Below are positions 29,751-38,471 of a stretch of 47,694 nucleotides of DNA, in pieces; the stretch's first letter is position 1; the number at the start of each line of letters is the position of its first letter. The notes below the pieces were generated by a model. The model was not told the origin of the DNA and ran no database searches. It saw only the letters and a program-made list of their open reading frames with translations. The translations under genes and the position numbers were made by a program. The stretch is from assembly GCA_001792535.1 (NCBI GenBank), contig MGGS01000001.1, positions 1 to 47,694 of the forward strand, given 5' to 3'. This DNA is from Candidatus Woesebacteria bacterium RIFCSPHIGHO2_02_FULL_42_20. Lineage in GTDB: Bacteria > Patescibacteriota > Microgenomatia > UBA8517.

Positions 29751-30809
29751 CATGCAAACTGCATTTGAAAGCGCGCCGAAAGTTAGTGAAAGAAGTACTT
29801 TAAATAGTAGGTTGGATCGGGAGTTGTCAATACGCGGAATTGGTCCTGAAAGTGCGGAGAATAAAGGAAACGTGATGATTCCAGCAATACCGGATAAGCC
29901 TGCGGTTAAGCCTGGTAAACAAGCAGAGTTTATTGAGTCAACAAAAGACACTTTGACCCAATTAGGTATAAAACACGATGCAAAAGCGTCCGTTAAAAGA
30001 ACAGTATTATCTTTCAGGGAAAATGTTCCATCTGAAGTTAACCGACGTGGACAAGACCAAGAGCTGCTATTTTATGACTTTGGTGATCCGGAAGCCATGA
30101 GCGAACCGGCTAAAAATATAGGGGTTCCCTTGGTTGTTTTTAGCCACGGCGGCAAAATTCATCCCGAGGTAATTGCCTCGTCAGGCTATTTGACTATGCT
30201 CCAAAAACATAATCCGAATATGCTTTTGTGCGCAGTTGATCATAGAGGATCGCAGTCTCACGATGTAAAAGTTGACTACGGCTTAGACGACAGGGTTGCA
30301 GATATATAGTTGCAATGAGATATGCAATGGGTGCTTTAGTAGAGGAGTATGAAAAGCAAGGAATAAGATGGAATGGAAAATTAGTCTTGATTGGAGACAG
30401 TATGGGTGGCGAGGTTATGTCTGTAGTATCTGAAAAGCTTTTTCCGGATGGAGTTATCCTGACCGAACCAGCGGCATATTCTGTATATGCACATCATGTA
30501 AAGTTTGGGAAAAGACATAATGAAGAGCCGGTATTCGGAGGTGATGATGGCGTGATTCGGAGTCGTAAACCCGATGACTCTTTTGCTCTAGAGTCGATTG
30601 GAAAATATATGGGAAAAACCCCCAAAGGAAAAGTGCTTGTCGTTGAGTTTGCTAGCGATAGAATTGTTGGTAAAATACCACAAGACTATAAAGCAAGTGC
30701 AGAAGTAGTTGATTCTATTAGAACGAGTCACCTTTTAACTAAAGGAGAACATGGTGCTACTCCAGCAGAAGAGGTGGAAACAATCAAGAATTTTGTTAAG
30801 AGTTTGTAA
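29743..30809 (+). pseudogene. Alpha/beta hydrolase split by a frameshift at about 30301-30309
   Basis: The 5' ORF has FSHGG and VDHRGS; the 3' ORF has GDSMGG, D and H; removing one AT from GATATATAG joins the two frames. Confidence 0.7.
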
Positions 30810-30810
30810 G

Positions 30811-31602
30811 ATGAAATATTTTTATTCGCCAACAAAAGCAGACTATTCAAAATATTTGTTCCCATATCAAGTTTATTTAATTAAAGAGGAAGCTGATAGC
30901 GCTGAAGAGATTTATGCCAAAGGGTTTCTTCCGGTCAGAACGATTTACGATTTGTATTATTTAGCTAGAAGCACCAGAGTTGATTTGGGTAACTTTGAAT
31001 TGTCGAGCGAAAATAGAAGAATACTTCGTAAGGTAGAAAATTTTTATTTCGAAGTTAAAGATATAGATAAGTTTAAGTTGGACGAGAGTGCCCTTAAAAT
31101 AATAAGGCAGTTTGCAAAGTCCAAATTTGATAAGGCACTTTTGAAGGATTCATCCTTAAAAAAGATTTTTTCGGTACTTGGTAACTATAACAAAGTTGCC
31201 TGTTTTTCGGACAAAATAGGCTTGCAAGGCTTGGCTGTTCTTTGTGTAAACGGGAAAACAGTTCACTATGCTCATCCATTTTATGCCATTGATGAACGAT
31301 TTAAGGACCTGGGGTTGGGGATGATGACATCTGTTGTTGATTGGGCAAGCGCGTCTTCCAAGAAGTATGTATACCTGGGGACAGTTTATGGTAAAAGTTC
31401 ACTCTATAAAACTCAATTTAAAGGTTTTGAATTTTTCGACGGCGTTGGCTGGTCTATTGACATTGGAAAATTAAAAGAGATTATTAAACTTGAAGAAGGA
31501 AAGTTTTCAGGCCATCTTTTACAAAACAAGAGTCATATTAAAAAATACTATAATTTCCCGAGTCTGACTAGACTTGTCAAAAAACTCAAATATGAACTCT
31601 AA
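30811..31602 (+). CDS. ATE1/Bpt-like aminoacyl-tRNA-dependent transferase (GNAT-like fold)
   Basis: RV....F.LS...RRILRK, FY......LG, YVYLG......LYK..F...E.....W pattern shared with bacterial arginyl/leucyl-tRNA-protein transferases; start at ATG 30811. Confidence 0.65.
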   Translation: MKYFYSPTKADYSKYLFPYQVYLIKEEADSAEEIYAKGFLPVRTIYDLYYLARSTRVDLGNFELSSENRRILRKVENFYFEVKDIDKFKLDESALKIIRQFAKSKFDKALLKDSSLKKIFSVLGNYNKVACFSDKIGLQGLAVLCVNGKTVHYAHPFYAIDERFKDLGLGMMTSVVDWASASSKKYVYLGTVYGKSSLYKTQFKGFEFFDGVGWSIDIGKLKEIIKLEEGKFSGHLLQNKSHIKKYYNFPSLTRLVKKLKYEL

Positions 31603-32914
31603 GAAACCGTGGGTTCACTTCATTGCCATTTGCGGGACAGGGATGGGAGCAGTTGCAGTTGTTCTCAAAAGCAAAGGTTATAGAGTAACAGGCTCAGACA
31701 TAGATTTTTATCCACCCATCAGTGATTTGCTCAGAAAAACCGGTGTGAAAATTGAGACAGGTTTTGATGCAACAAGGATAAGCTCCCAGATAGACATGGT
31801 GGTTATCGGCGGAAGTGCTTTGATTGATGACCGAAACAACCCCGAATTTGTGCAAGCCAAAAAACTTAAACTTCCCATCAAAACCTATCCAGAGTTGATT
31901 GCAGAGTATGTAATTAGGCCGGAGTCAATAGTCGTAGCCGGAACGTACGGTAAAACAACCGTTTCGGCTATGATTGCTTGGGTGTTTAAAAATATGAAAG
32001 TTGACGCAAGTTATTTTGTCCCCGGGATTGCAGTTGACTTGCCAGAGCCGATTCATTTGGGTGAATCAAGTTTTTCTGTTGCCGAAGGAGATGAATATCC
32101 GGCGGCAGTTTTTTTTGATAACGAGTCAAAATTTATGTTTTATAAGCCTAAATTCGTGATTTTAACTTCTGTAGAGTGGGATCACTTTGACGTCTTCCCA
32201 AAAGAAAAAGATTATATCCAAAGATTTGTTAATCTTATGAAAATTGTTCCCAAAGACGGGTTGGTAGTCGCGCCAAGTTCGGGCAAAAACGTTGAGAAGG
32301 TACTAGGTTTTGCCGGCTGTAAAGTAGTTCGTTTCTCAAGTGACAATTTTAGTGAGCAACTCCAAGTAATTGGCAGACACAATAGGGCAAATGCCGCGGG
32401 AGTTTTTACTTTACTTTGTGAATTGGGTTTTCCCAGGGAAGACATAATCAAAGGTTTATCGAATTTTAGAGGTGTCAAAAGAAGATTGGAAGTAATTTAT
32501 AAAGACAAAAACCTTGTAGTAATAAATGACTTTGCCCAGCACCCATCCCGACTTAAGGCCTCAATTGACGCAGTAAGAGAAGAGTATAAGAAACGCCTGG
32601 TCGTGGTTTTGGACCCACACGCGTCGATATTTAAAGACCCGACTATTCTAAAAAAACTTAGTACTGTGTTTGACAAAGTGGACGCTTTATTCATACTAAG
32701 GCTGAAACTTTTAAAAGGTCGCCATAAAGTCACTGGTCCTTTGATAGTTAAAGCAAGCGGACTTTCGGATGTTAAGACTAAATACATTCCCCTTGATGAG
32801 GATTTAGTAAAGGAACTTCTTAACCAAGCCAAAAAAGGAAATTGCGTTATCATGTTTTGCTCAAGCGGGGGGATAGATTCGCTGATCCAAAAATTTGTGG
32901 CTAAATTAAAATGA
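31592..32914 (+). CDS. mpl: Mpl-like (MurC family) UDP-MurNAc ligase
   Basis: HFIAICGTGM, GSD..FYPPIS..L, AGTYGKTT, EGDEY..VFFD..SKF..Y, EWDHFD, GVKRR, DFAQHP; these look closer to Mpl than to MurC. Confidence 0.75.
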   Translation: MNSKKPWVHFIAICGTGMGAVAVVLKSKGYRVTGSDIDFYPPISDLLRKTGVKIETGFDATRISSQIDMVVIGGSALIDDRNNPEFVQAKKLKLPIKTYPELIAEYVIRPESIVVAGTYGKTTVSAMIAWVFKNMKVDASYFVPGIAVDLPEPIHLGESSFSVAEGDEYPAAVFFDNESKFMFYKPKFVILTSVEWDHFDVFPKEKDYIQRFVNLMKIVPKDGLVVAPSSGKNVEKVLGFAGCKVVRFSSDNFSEQLQVIGRHNRANAAGVFTLLCELGFPREDIIKGLSNFRGVKRRLEVIYKDKNLVVINDFAQHPSRLKASIDAVREEYKKRLVVVLDPHASIFKDPTILKKLSTVFDKVDALFILRLKLLKGRHKVTGPLIVKASGLSDVKTKYIPLDEDLVKELLNQAKKGNCVIMFCSSGGIDSLIQKFVAKLK

Positions 32915-33615
32915 AGCTGAAGAATTTCCCAAAAACTTATAAGCTCTTGCAGGAGTATTTACACCTTACTTTCGGCAACGCCGATATCGCTTGTCCATAT
33001 TGGATAAACAAGCTTAACCAACACATCCGCGGACCGTTTTCGGGCAAGGGAACACCAAAGCAGATAAAAAAATCGGCTTTAACTCGTGCTTTAAAGCGGA
33101 ATATAAATTTAGCCAAGCTTAGTAGAAGGCAAATACTTATTTTTTTGAGACAAAACAGAATCGGTGTTGACTGTTCGGGGTTTGTTTATAATTTGGCAAA
33201 TTACCTGGACAAAGAAAAAGGTGGAGAGGGCCTTGCCCGCAAACTATTTAACAAAAAAATTTTCCCCCGTTGGAACCCAGCTTGGCGTACAAGTGTGCAG
33301 ATACTCACAAGTAATGCCAAAACTAGAGAAATAAAATTGTCAGATATCCGAGTAGGCGACCTGATCAGATTAACAAGCGGAAGGCACGTTTTGTTTGTCA
33401 TAGACGTCACCGGGAAATATATTACCTACGCGCATTCATCGAAGTTTCTCACTAAAAAATCTGGGGTCCATTTGGGAAAAATAAAAGTAACTGACCGGTT
33501 AAAAGGTTTAGAAGACCAGCTCTGGCTTGAAAAGACTCCGAAAGGAGAAAGTTTTGGTAAAAAATATTTTGATCCCAGCCAGGGCGATTCTCTTCGAAGG
33601 TTTAATTGGTGGTAA
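32911..33615 (+). CDS. NlpC/P60-like (C40) cysteine peptidase, no signal peptide
   Basis: GVDCSGFV, GDLI, HV, AHSS catalytic pattern; very basic protein. Confidence 0.75.
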   Translation: MKLKNFPKTYKLLQEYLHLTFGNADIACPYWINKLNQHIRGPFSGKGTPKQIKKSALTRALKRNINLAKLSRRQILIFLRQNRIGVDCSGFVYNLANYLDKEKGGEGLARKLFNKKIFPRWNPAWRTSVQILTSNAKTREIKLSDIRVGDLIRLTSGRHVLFVIDVTGKYITYAHSSKFLTKKSGVHLGKIKVTDRLKGLEDQLWLEKTPKGESFGKKYFDPSQGDSLRRFNWW

Positions 33616-33617
33616 AT

Positions 33618-33770
33618 TTACTTCTCTTCCTCTAAAATCTCGATTTTGAGCGGCTTTTTAGAGAGCAGCTCACACTCGGCGCCGCAGTTCCCGCATTCAA
33701 TAATTTCTCCAATGGCGGCGTCCCTGGGAATGACTAAATCAGTTAAGCAATCGGGACATTTGGTTTTCAT
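33618..33770 (-). CDS. LysW-like zinc-ribbon small protein (50 aa, absent from the ORF track)
   Basis: Manual translation MKTKCPDCLTDLVIPRDAAIGEIIECGNCGAECELLSKKPLKIEILEEEK; CPxC...GE...CxxCGAE.E.....PL pattern of LysW. Confidence 0.85.
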   Translation of the reverse strand: MKTKCPDCLTDLVIPRDAAIGEIIECGNCGAECELLSKKPLKIEILEEEK

Positions 33771-33786
33771 AAGTTATACTATAACA
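33771..33786. promoter_or_regulatory. Putative bidirectional leaderless promoter
   Basis: 16-bp spacer AAGTTATACTATAACA; TATACT (+) 6 nt before ATG 33787 and TGTTATAGT (-) 7 nt before ATG 33770. Confidence 0.65.
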
Positions 33787-34632
33787 ATGGATTACGAAGA
33801 AGGCAACACACCTATCAGGCAAATCAATGGTGTGTATTACAAATTGGAAACGGCCAACCCCACCGGGTCGGTTAAAGACAGAGGCATTTCTTTTCAGGTT
33901 TGGAAAGCAATTGGTACCGGCTTTAGTAAGTTTTGCATCAGTTCGTCCGGGAACGCCGCGATATCAGCGGTAACGTATGTCGGCTTGGCAGGCGGAACCT
34001 TGGATGTTTTTGTGAGCCGAAAAATTAATAAAGGCAAGCTTAAAAAAATAATCGGCAAAGACGTAAAGGTTCATTTCAGCCAAAAAGCAGTTAGCGAATG
34101 TATGCAGTTTGCCCAAAAAACGAATGCATATAATCTTCGCGCCTCCCAGGATCCCAATGGCTGGGTAGGCTACATGTCTGTTGCTTACGAGCTTGATTTT
34201 AAACTTGGTAAGTTAGGTGCAGTTTTTATTCCCGTTTCCAGCGGTACACTGTTTTATGGCGTGGCGCGCGGTTTTGACAAAATTGGCTATTTACCTACGT
34301 TGCATGCCGTACAAACTCCATATTGCAACTTCATTGCGAGCAAATTTGATAAAGATTTTAAACCAAGCCAGAGTAGTCTTGCCGACGCGCTGGTTGCAAA
34401 AACAACACCTTTAAAATCCGGTGTAGTTTCTTTGATTAAAAAATCCAAAGGTTTTGGTTGGGTCGTGTCGGATAATGAAATAAAAAAAGCTTGGGTGGAG
34501 TTATACGGAAAGGGTTTGGATACGTCATACGAAGGCGCGGCTTGTCTGGCCGCATACCGAAAAGCGCTCGGCAAGAAATTTAAGGTAAAAGAACCAATTG
34601 TTTGCTTAATTACTGGAAGATATTACGGATAA
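33787..34632 (+). CDS. PLP-dependent fold-type II enzyme (threonine synthase/cysteine synthase-like)
   Basis: KLETANPTGSVKDRG (PLP Lys), SSSGNA, PVSSGTL, SLADAL, ITG; probable start at ATG 33787. Confidence 0.85.
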   Translation: MDYEEGNTPIRQINGVYYKLETANPTGSVKDRGISFQVWKAIGTGFSKFCISSSGNAAISAVTYVGLAGGTLDVFVSRKINKGKLKKIIGKDVKVHFSQKAVSECMQFAQKTNAYNLRASQDPNGWVGYMSVAYELDFKLGKLGAVFIPVSSGTLFYGVARGFDKIGYLPTLHAVQTPYCNFIASKFDKDFKPSQSSLADALVAKTTPLKSGVVSLIKKSKGFGWVVSDNEIKKAWVELYGKGLDTSYEGAACLAAYRKALGKKFKVKEPIVCLITGRYYG

Positions 34633-35496
34633 AACAAACCAGATTAAAATTGCAGCATTCATTGCAAAATAACCGGGTTGCTGCACTCCGCCGATTTTAA
34701 ATTCAATTTTTCTATCTGAAAGGTCTTTATCGGTTTTGAAAACAAAAGAAAAGACGGCAACGATTGGAGCCACAATCAAAAACCACCAAGGAATAATACC
34801 TTTGCTTAAGGCTATTAAAATGCAAATTATTCCCGCTACGAGCGAAAGCTTGGCAAGCAAAAGCGCGTTTTTTTTACCCAAAAGAATGCTCGTGTTTTTG
34901 AGCCTTGCTTTTTTGTCGGCAATAAAATCACGTAACTGGTTATATATTTGCCCGTAACTGGATATAAAAAAGGCTGCGGCGACCAAGTAACCTGCTGTGT
35001 CAAGACTGCTTGAGTAGGTGTAAAATGAGGTCAGAATCAGCATGCTTCCAAGCATCATGGCATGGCTAGCAATGTCTACAATAGGCCATTTTTTGAGTCT
35101 TACAAATTTACTTGAATAAAGGTAGGAAAGAAGTATATTGGCACTTCCTAGCCAAAAAACAGGTCCACCGATGTAATAGAAGGCAAAAAAGGCGACCAGG
35201 GCGACTGACATAGACAATAAATAGCCTGTTCGTTTGGTTAGTGCGCCGCTGGCTATGGGATTTTTGACCAGTTTGGCTGTTATGAACTTGTCGTCTTCGG
35301 CATCCTCGACATCGTTTAGCATGAATGCGAAGGCAACCGTCGCGATGTTACCGATTAAGACAGCATATAACCTGTAGTCAAAAACCGAAATGTCTGCCCT
35401 ATTAGAAAGTAATGGCCCCAGAAGTGTGAGCGGTAGAACAAAAAGTAGATATTCCTTCCAGCGAGTCAGAAGCAAAACACCCTTGACTGTATTCAT
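34606..35496 (-). CDS. UbiA-family prenyltransferase
   Basis: NDVEDAEDD...NPIASG, YS....LK, NQLRDFIAD motifs; many TM segments. Confidence 0.88.
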   Translation of the reverse strand: MNTVKGVLLLTRWKEYLLFVLPLTLLGPLLSNRADISVFDYRLYAVLIGNIATVAFAFMLNDVEDAEDDKFITAKLVKNPIASGALTKRTGYLLSMSVALVAFFAFYYIGGPVFWLGSANILLSYLYSSKFVRLKKWPIVDIASHAMMLGSMLILTSFYTYSSSLDTAGYLVAAAFFISSYGQIYNQLRDFIADKKARLKNTSILLGKKNALLLAKLSLVAGIICILIALSKGIIPWWFLIVAPIVAVFSFVFKTDKDLSDRKIEFKIGGVQQPGYFAMNAAILIWFVLSVISSSN

Positions 35497-35562
35497 GGAT
35501 TTATTATACCAATATTAATTTTACTATTGCTAAAGTTTGTCTAGTTTGTCTAATATTAAATA

Positions 35563-36216
35563 ATGGAAGCAGCCGAAAATATAACTGCCGGTCAGGTTGG
35601 CGTGCCGCCTGTTGGTCCGGATAGGGCCGCTAAACCAGCGGCTGACAAAAAGTCAACAATCTTAAACTGGCTGATTGTTTTTGTGACCGTTACACTTATC
35701 GTTGTTTTATTCACAATAGCCGTACTGGCCTTAAGAGCGCCGGAAACTGTCAGTGTTGATGAGGGTGACGCTTTTTCGACACCAGAATTAATTGAGGAAT
35801 TGGTTAAGAAGTTTGAGCAAACTGCTCCGAGTTCCCAGTATTCCTTGGGTGATCTTGGTGCCGAAGTTACGACCCTCATTTCTCAAAGTAAGACTAGCTA
35901 TATTTTCTCACCCAACGGAGAACAAGAAGTACGGACCGGTAATTTGGACGACGGCTTTGTTTCAAGTCTGCTTGCCGGTATAGAATATAAAGTGATAGGG
36001 GAAGTGGAGGAAGACGGTTTCGTTAAAGTGTCGGCAAGCGGGACAGCAAGCGACTTCGAAGGCTTTTATGTCTTTGAAGTAGACGACCTTACCGGACAGG
36101 TCTTGGCCGTTTCTTTGTCTGTCGTTTATACTGATGCAGTCGGGAGTCCGGTTTCCGGTACTTTTAACTTTACCTATGAACTGCCAGTCGATGGTGAAGT
36201 GCTTGGTGTAACTTAA
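35563..36216 (+). CDS. Hypothetical single-TM acidic surface protein
   Basis: Pro/Ala-rich N-terminus, one TM segment, D/E/S/T-rich ectodomain. Confidence 0.75.
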   Translation: MEAAENITAGQVGVPPVGPDRAAKPAADKKSTILNWLIVFVTVTLIVVLFTIAVLALRAPETVSVDEGDAFSTPELIEELVKKFEQTAPSSQYSLGDLGAEVTTLISQSKTSYIFSPNGEQEVRTGNLDDGFVSSLLAGIEYKVIGEVEEDGFVKVSASGTASDFEGFYVFEVDDLTGQVLAVSLSVVYTDAVGSPVSGTFNFTYELPVDGEVLGVT

Positions 36217-37242
36217 TTAAAATAAGCTTTCCTTAATTTGCGCCCGGATTTGGGAGAAGTTAGCGTTTCCAGCCTTTGGTACGAGAATGAATTGGCCGCC
36301 GGGTCCCTTCGAATTACTGAGCACGTTGTCGGTTGATAAATTGAGCGTATTGATAGAATATTGATCTGGGTCAAACTTTAAAGCGGTTAATTCAACGATC
36401 AATTGCTTGTCGATATCTGTCTTTACACTTTCGCTTAGTTTGTCGATGATATTGTTCGCATTAGTCAGTACGCCAAGACTAATTAGTTTGTTTTTTATCG
36501 CGGCTAAAACGTCAAATTGTCGAAGACTGCGCGCAAAATCTCCGCCGTATGAGTCCGAGTGGCGTGACCTGACGAATTTTAATGCAGTCAGGCCATCCAT
36601 AGTGTTTTTACCTTGGTCAAAGTGTAGATGTTCGTATCGGCATGTAAATTGTTTTTCGAGTTCAAAACCTGAAAATTCTTCGTGAAACTTGGCAATCTCC
36701 TCGCCCGAAAACCCGCAGGTATCGTTTTCAAGCCCTTTTACGGGATAAAAGTAATCGTCGAAGGTGACCGGGACGTTAACTTCGATTCCGCCCATAATAT
36801 CGATAATTTCGACAAACCCTCCAAAATCGACAGATGCAAAATAGTCTACGGGCATGTCAATCATAGTACTTACAACGGACTTAATTAAGGGGCCTCCACC
36901 GGTGGCATAGGCATTGTTTATTTTAAAGTCGTTTATCCAAAGGTCTCTTGGAATGGAAGTAATCAATACTTTTTTGGTTTCTTTATCGATACTTATAAGA
37001 ATTATCACATCACTTAAATTTCCTCCCGAATGACCTTCTCCGCCATAACCAAGAAGCAAAACATTCACAGGTCGCTTTTGTTTTTCAGTTTTTTCGAAGA
37101 TGTCGGAAGTTACGGGAATCAGTTCGGGTTTGGAGGGAACTAAACTATTTGAGATTTTGGCAAACAAGTAACTACCTGTGAGCAAAATTAAAAAGAGAGC
37201 TACTGTGGCACCGATTAAAATAATTTTTTTCTTCTTGGTCAT
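36217..37242 (-). CDS. LCP (LytR-CpsA-Psr) family wall-glycopolymer transferase
   Basis: N-terminal TM, NVLLLG, SDVI, SIPRDL, KINNAY, ALKFVRSRH, DFARSLRQ. Confidence 0.93.
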   Translation of the reverse strand: MTKKKKIILIGATVALFLILLTGSYLFAKISNSLVPSKPELIPVTSDIFEKTEKQKRPVNVLLLGYGGEGHSGGNLSDVIILISIDKETKKVLITSIPRDLWINDFKINNAYATGGGPLIKSVVSTMIDMPVDYFASVDFGGFVEIIDIMGGIEVNVPVTFDDYFYPVKGLENDTCGFSGEEIAKFHEEFSGFELEKQFTCRYEHLHFDQGKNTMDGLTALKFVRSRHSDSYGGDFARSLRQFDVLAAIKNKLISLGVLTNANNIIDKLSESVKTDIDKQLIVELTALKFDPDQYSINTLNLSTDNVLSNSKGPGGQFILVPKAGNANFSQIRAQIKESLF

Positions 37243-37294
37243 CAGCTTTAAAGTTTACACGAGCTTGAATAAGTTTGCTAGAATACTAACTACT

Positions 37295-38404
37295 ATGGTA
37301 AATACTATCAAATGTAAGTACTGCGGAAAAGATATTGAGATCTCCGAGGCTTTGACTCACGAGGTTCAGGCTAAAATTAGACAAGAGCTCGAAGTAGAGA
37401 TTGAAGAAAAGGTAGGCAAACGGGTAAACGAAGAATATGAACTAACTCAAAAACAACAGCAGAAAGAAATAGCCGAAACAAATTTACGCAACAGGAAGCT
37501 TCTTATACAGATCGAGGAACTGATGGACCAGATGCGGCTTCTTAAGACCAAAGACGAAGAGCGTGAAGTTGAAATGAGAAAGAGGCTTGCAGAGGCGCAA
37601 GAAAAAATTAAACAGGCCGCAGTTGGTGAAGCAGAAGAACGTCACAAACTTGATGACAGGGAAAAGGACAAGAAGCTTAGCGATGCCCTTGCTCAAATAG
37701 AAGAACTCAAGATTAAAATCCAACAAAAGTCCGGGCAGCTTCAAGGTGAAGTATTGGAACTTGATTTGGAAAATAATCTTAAAGTCGCTTTTCCTGAAGA
37801 CGAGATTACTCCCGTAGGCAAAGGTGTTGCCGGCGGGGACATTGTACAAAAAGTTAAAAACCGCGCAGGTAAGATAGCCGGGACAATTATCTGGGAAACG
37901 AAGCGCGCCAAATGGAGCCGGTCGTGGTTACCCAAACTTCGTGGGGACACCAGGTCCGCAGGTGCTACTCTGGCTGTTCTGGTTTCGGAAAATTTACCTG
38001 CGGATATAGATACTTTTTCGGTTGTGGACGGGATACTTGTCACAAGTTACAAATATGCTCTGTCGCTTGCCTCTCTACTCCGCCGATCGGTGATGCAAAT
38101 TGCTTCAGCAAAATTTTTGGCGTCCACAAAAGTCGAAGACCTTCAAATTTTACACGAATATCTTCAAAGCGATGCTTTTAGGCACAGGTTCGAGGCGTTT
38201 TTCGAAGGCGTAAAAGCAATGGAGGAAGATTTGATGGGCGAAAAGCGCTCCATGGAGAGAATTTGGAAAAAGCGAGAGGTGCAAATTAGAAAATTGGGGG
38301 GAAGCGCTTCGAATATGTACGGTGAACTCCAAGGGATTATGGGAAAAAGCTTGCCAGACATTAAAAGTTTGTCGCTGGATTCCGGAGATAATGAAAATGA
38401 CTGA
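37295..38404 (+). CDS. DUF2130-domain protein
   Basis: IKCKYCG..I.ISEAL, coiled coil, QLQGEVLE, GGD, IIWETKR...W..KL..D; start at ATG 37295. Confidence 0.8.
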   Translation: MVNTIKCKYCGKDIEISEALTHEVQAKIRQELEVEIEEKVGKRVNEEYELTQKQQQKEIAETNLRNRKLLIQIEELMDQMRLLKTKDEEREVEMRKRLAEAQEKIKQAAVGEAEERHKLDDREKDKKLSDALAQIEELKIKIQQKSGQLQGEVLELDLENNLKVAFPEDEITPVGKGVAGGDIVQKVKNRAGKIAGTIIWETKRAKWSRSWLPKLRGDTRSAGATLAVLVSENLPADIDTFSVVDGILVTSYKYALSLASLLRRSVMQIASAKFLASTKVEDLQILHEYLQSDAFRHRFEAFFEGVKAMEEDLMGEKRSMERIWKKREVQIRKLGGSASNMYGELQGIMGKSLPDIKSLSLDSGDNEND

Positions 38405-38471
38405 CGGGAAAATTGTGACTGGAAAAGACAAGTTGGATTAGCTAATATCAAAACTGGGAGGTGAGATTTTT

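Noticed and set aside
30307-30315. Stop-codon readthrough (pyrrolysine or recoding) at the TAG of the hydrolase
   Set aside because: The downstream half is in a different frame, so readthrough would not join them
33646-33786. 47-aa N-terminal extension of the PLP enzyme in the ORF track
   Set aside because: It is the antisense of the LysW-like gene; family similarity begins at ATG 33787
33618-34632. Canonical LysW-dependent lysine/arginine biosynthesis operon
   Set aside because: No lysX/Z/Y/J/K neighbours recognised, and the EDWGE terminus is missing
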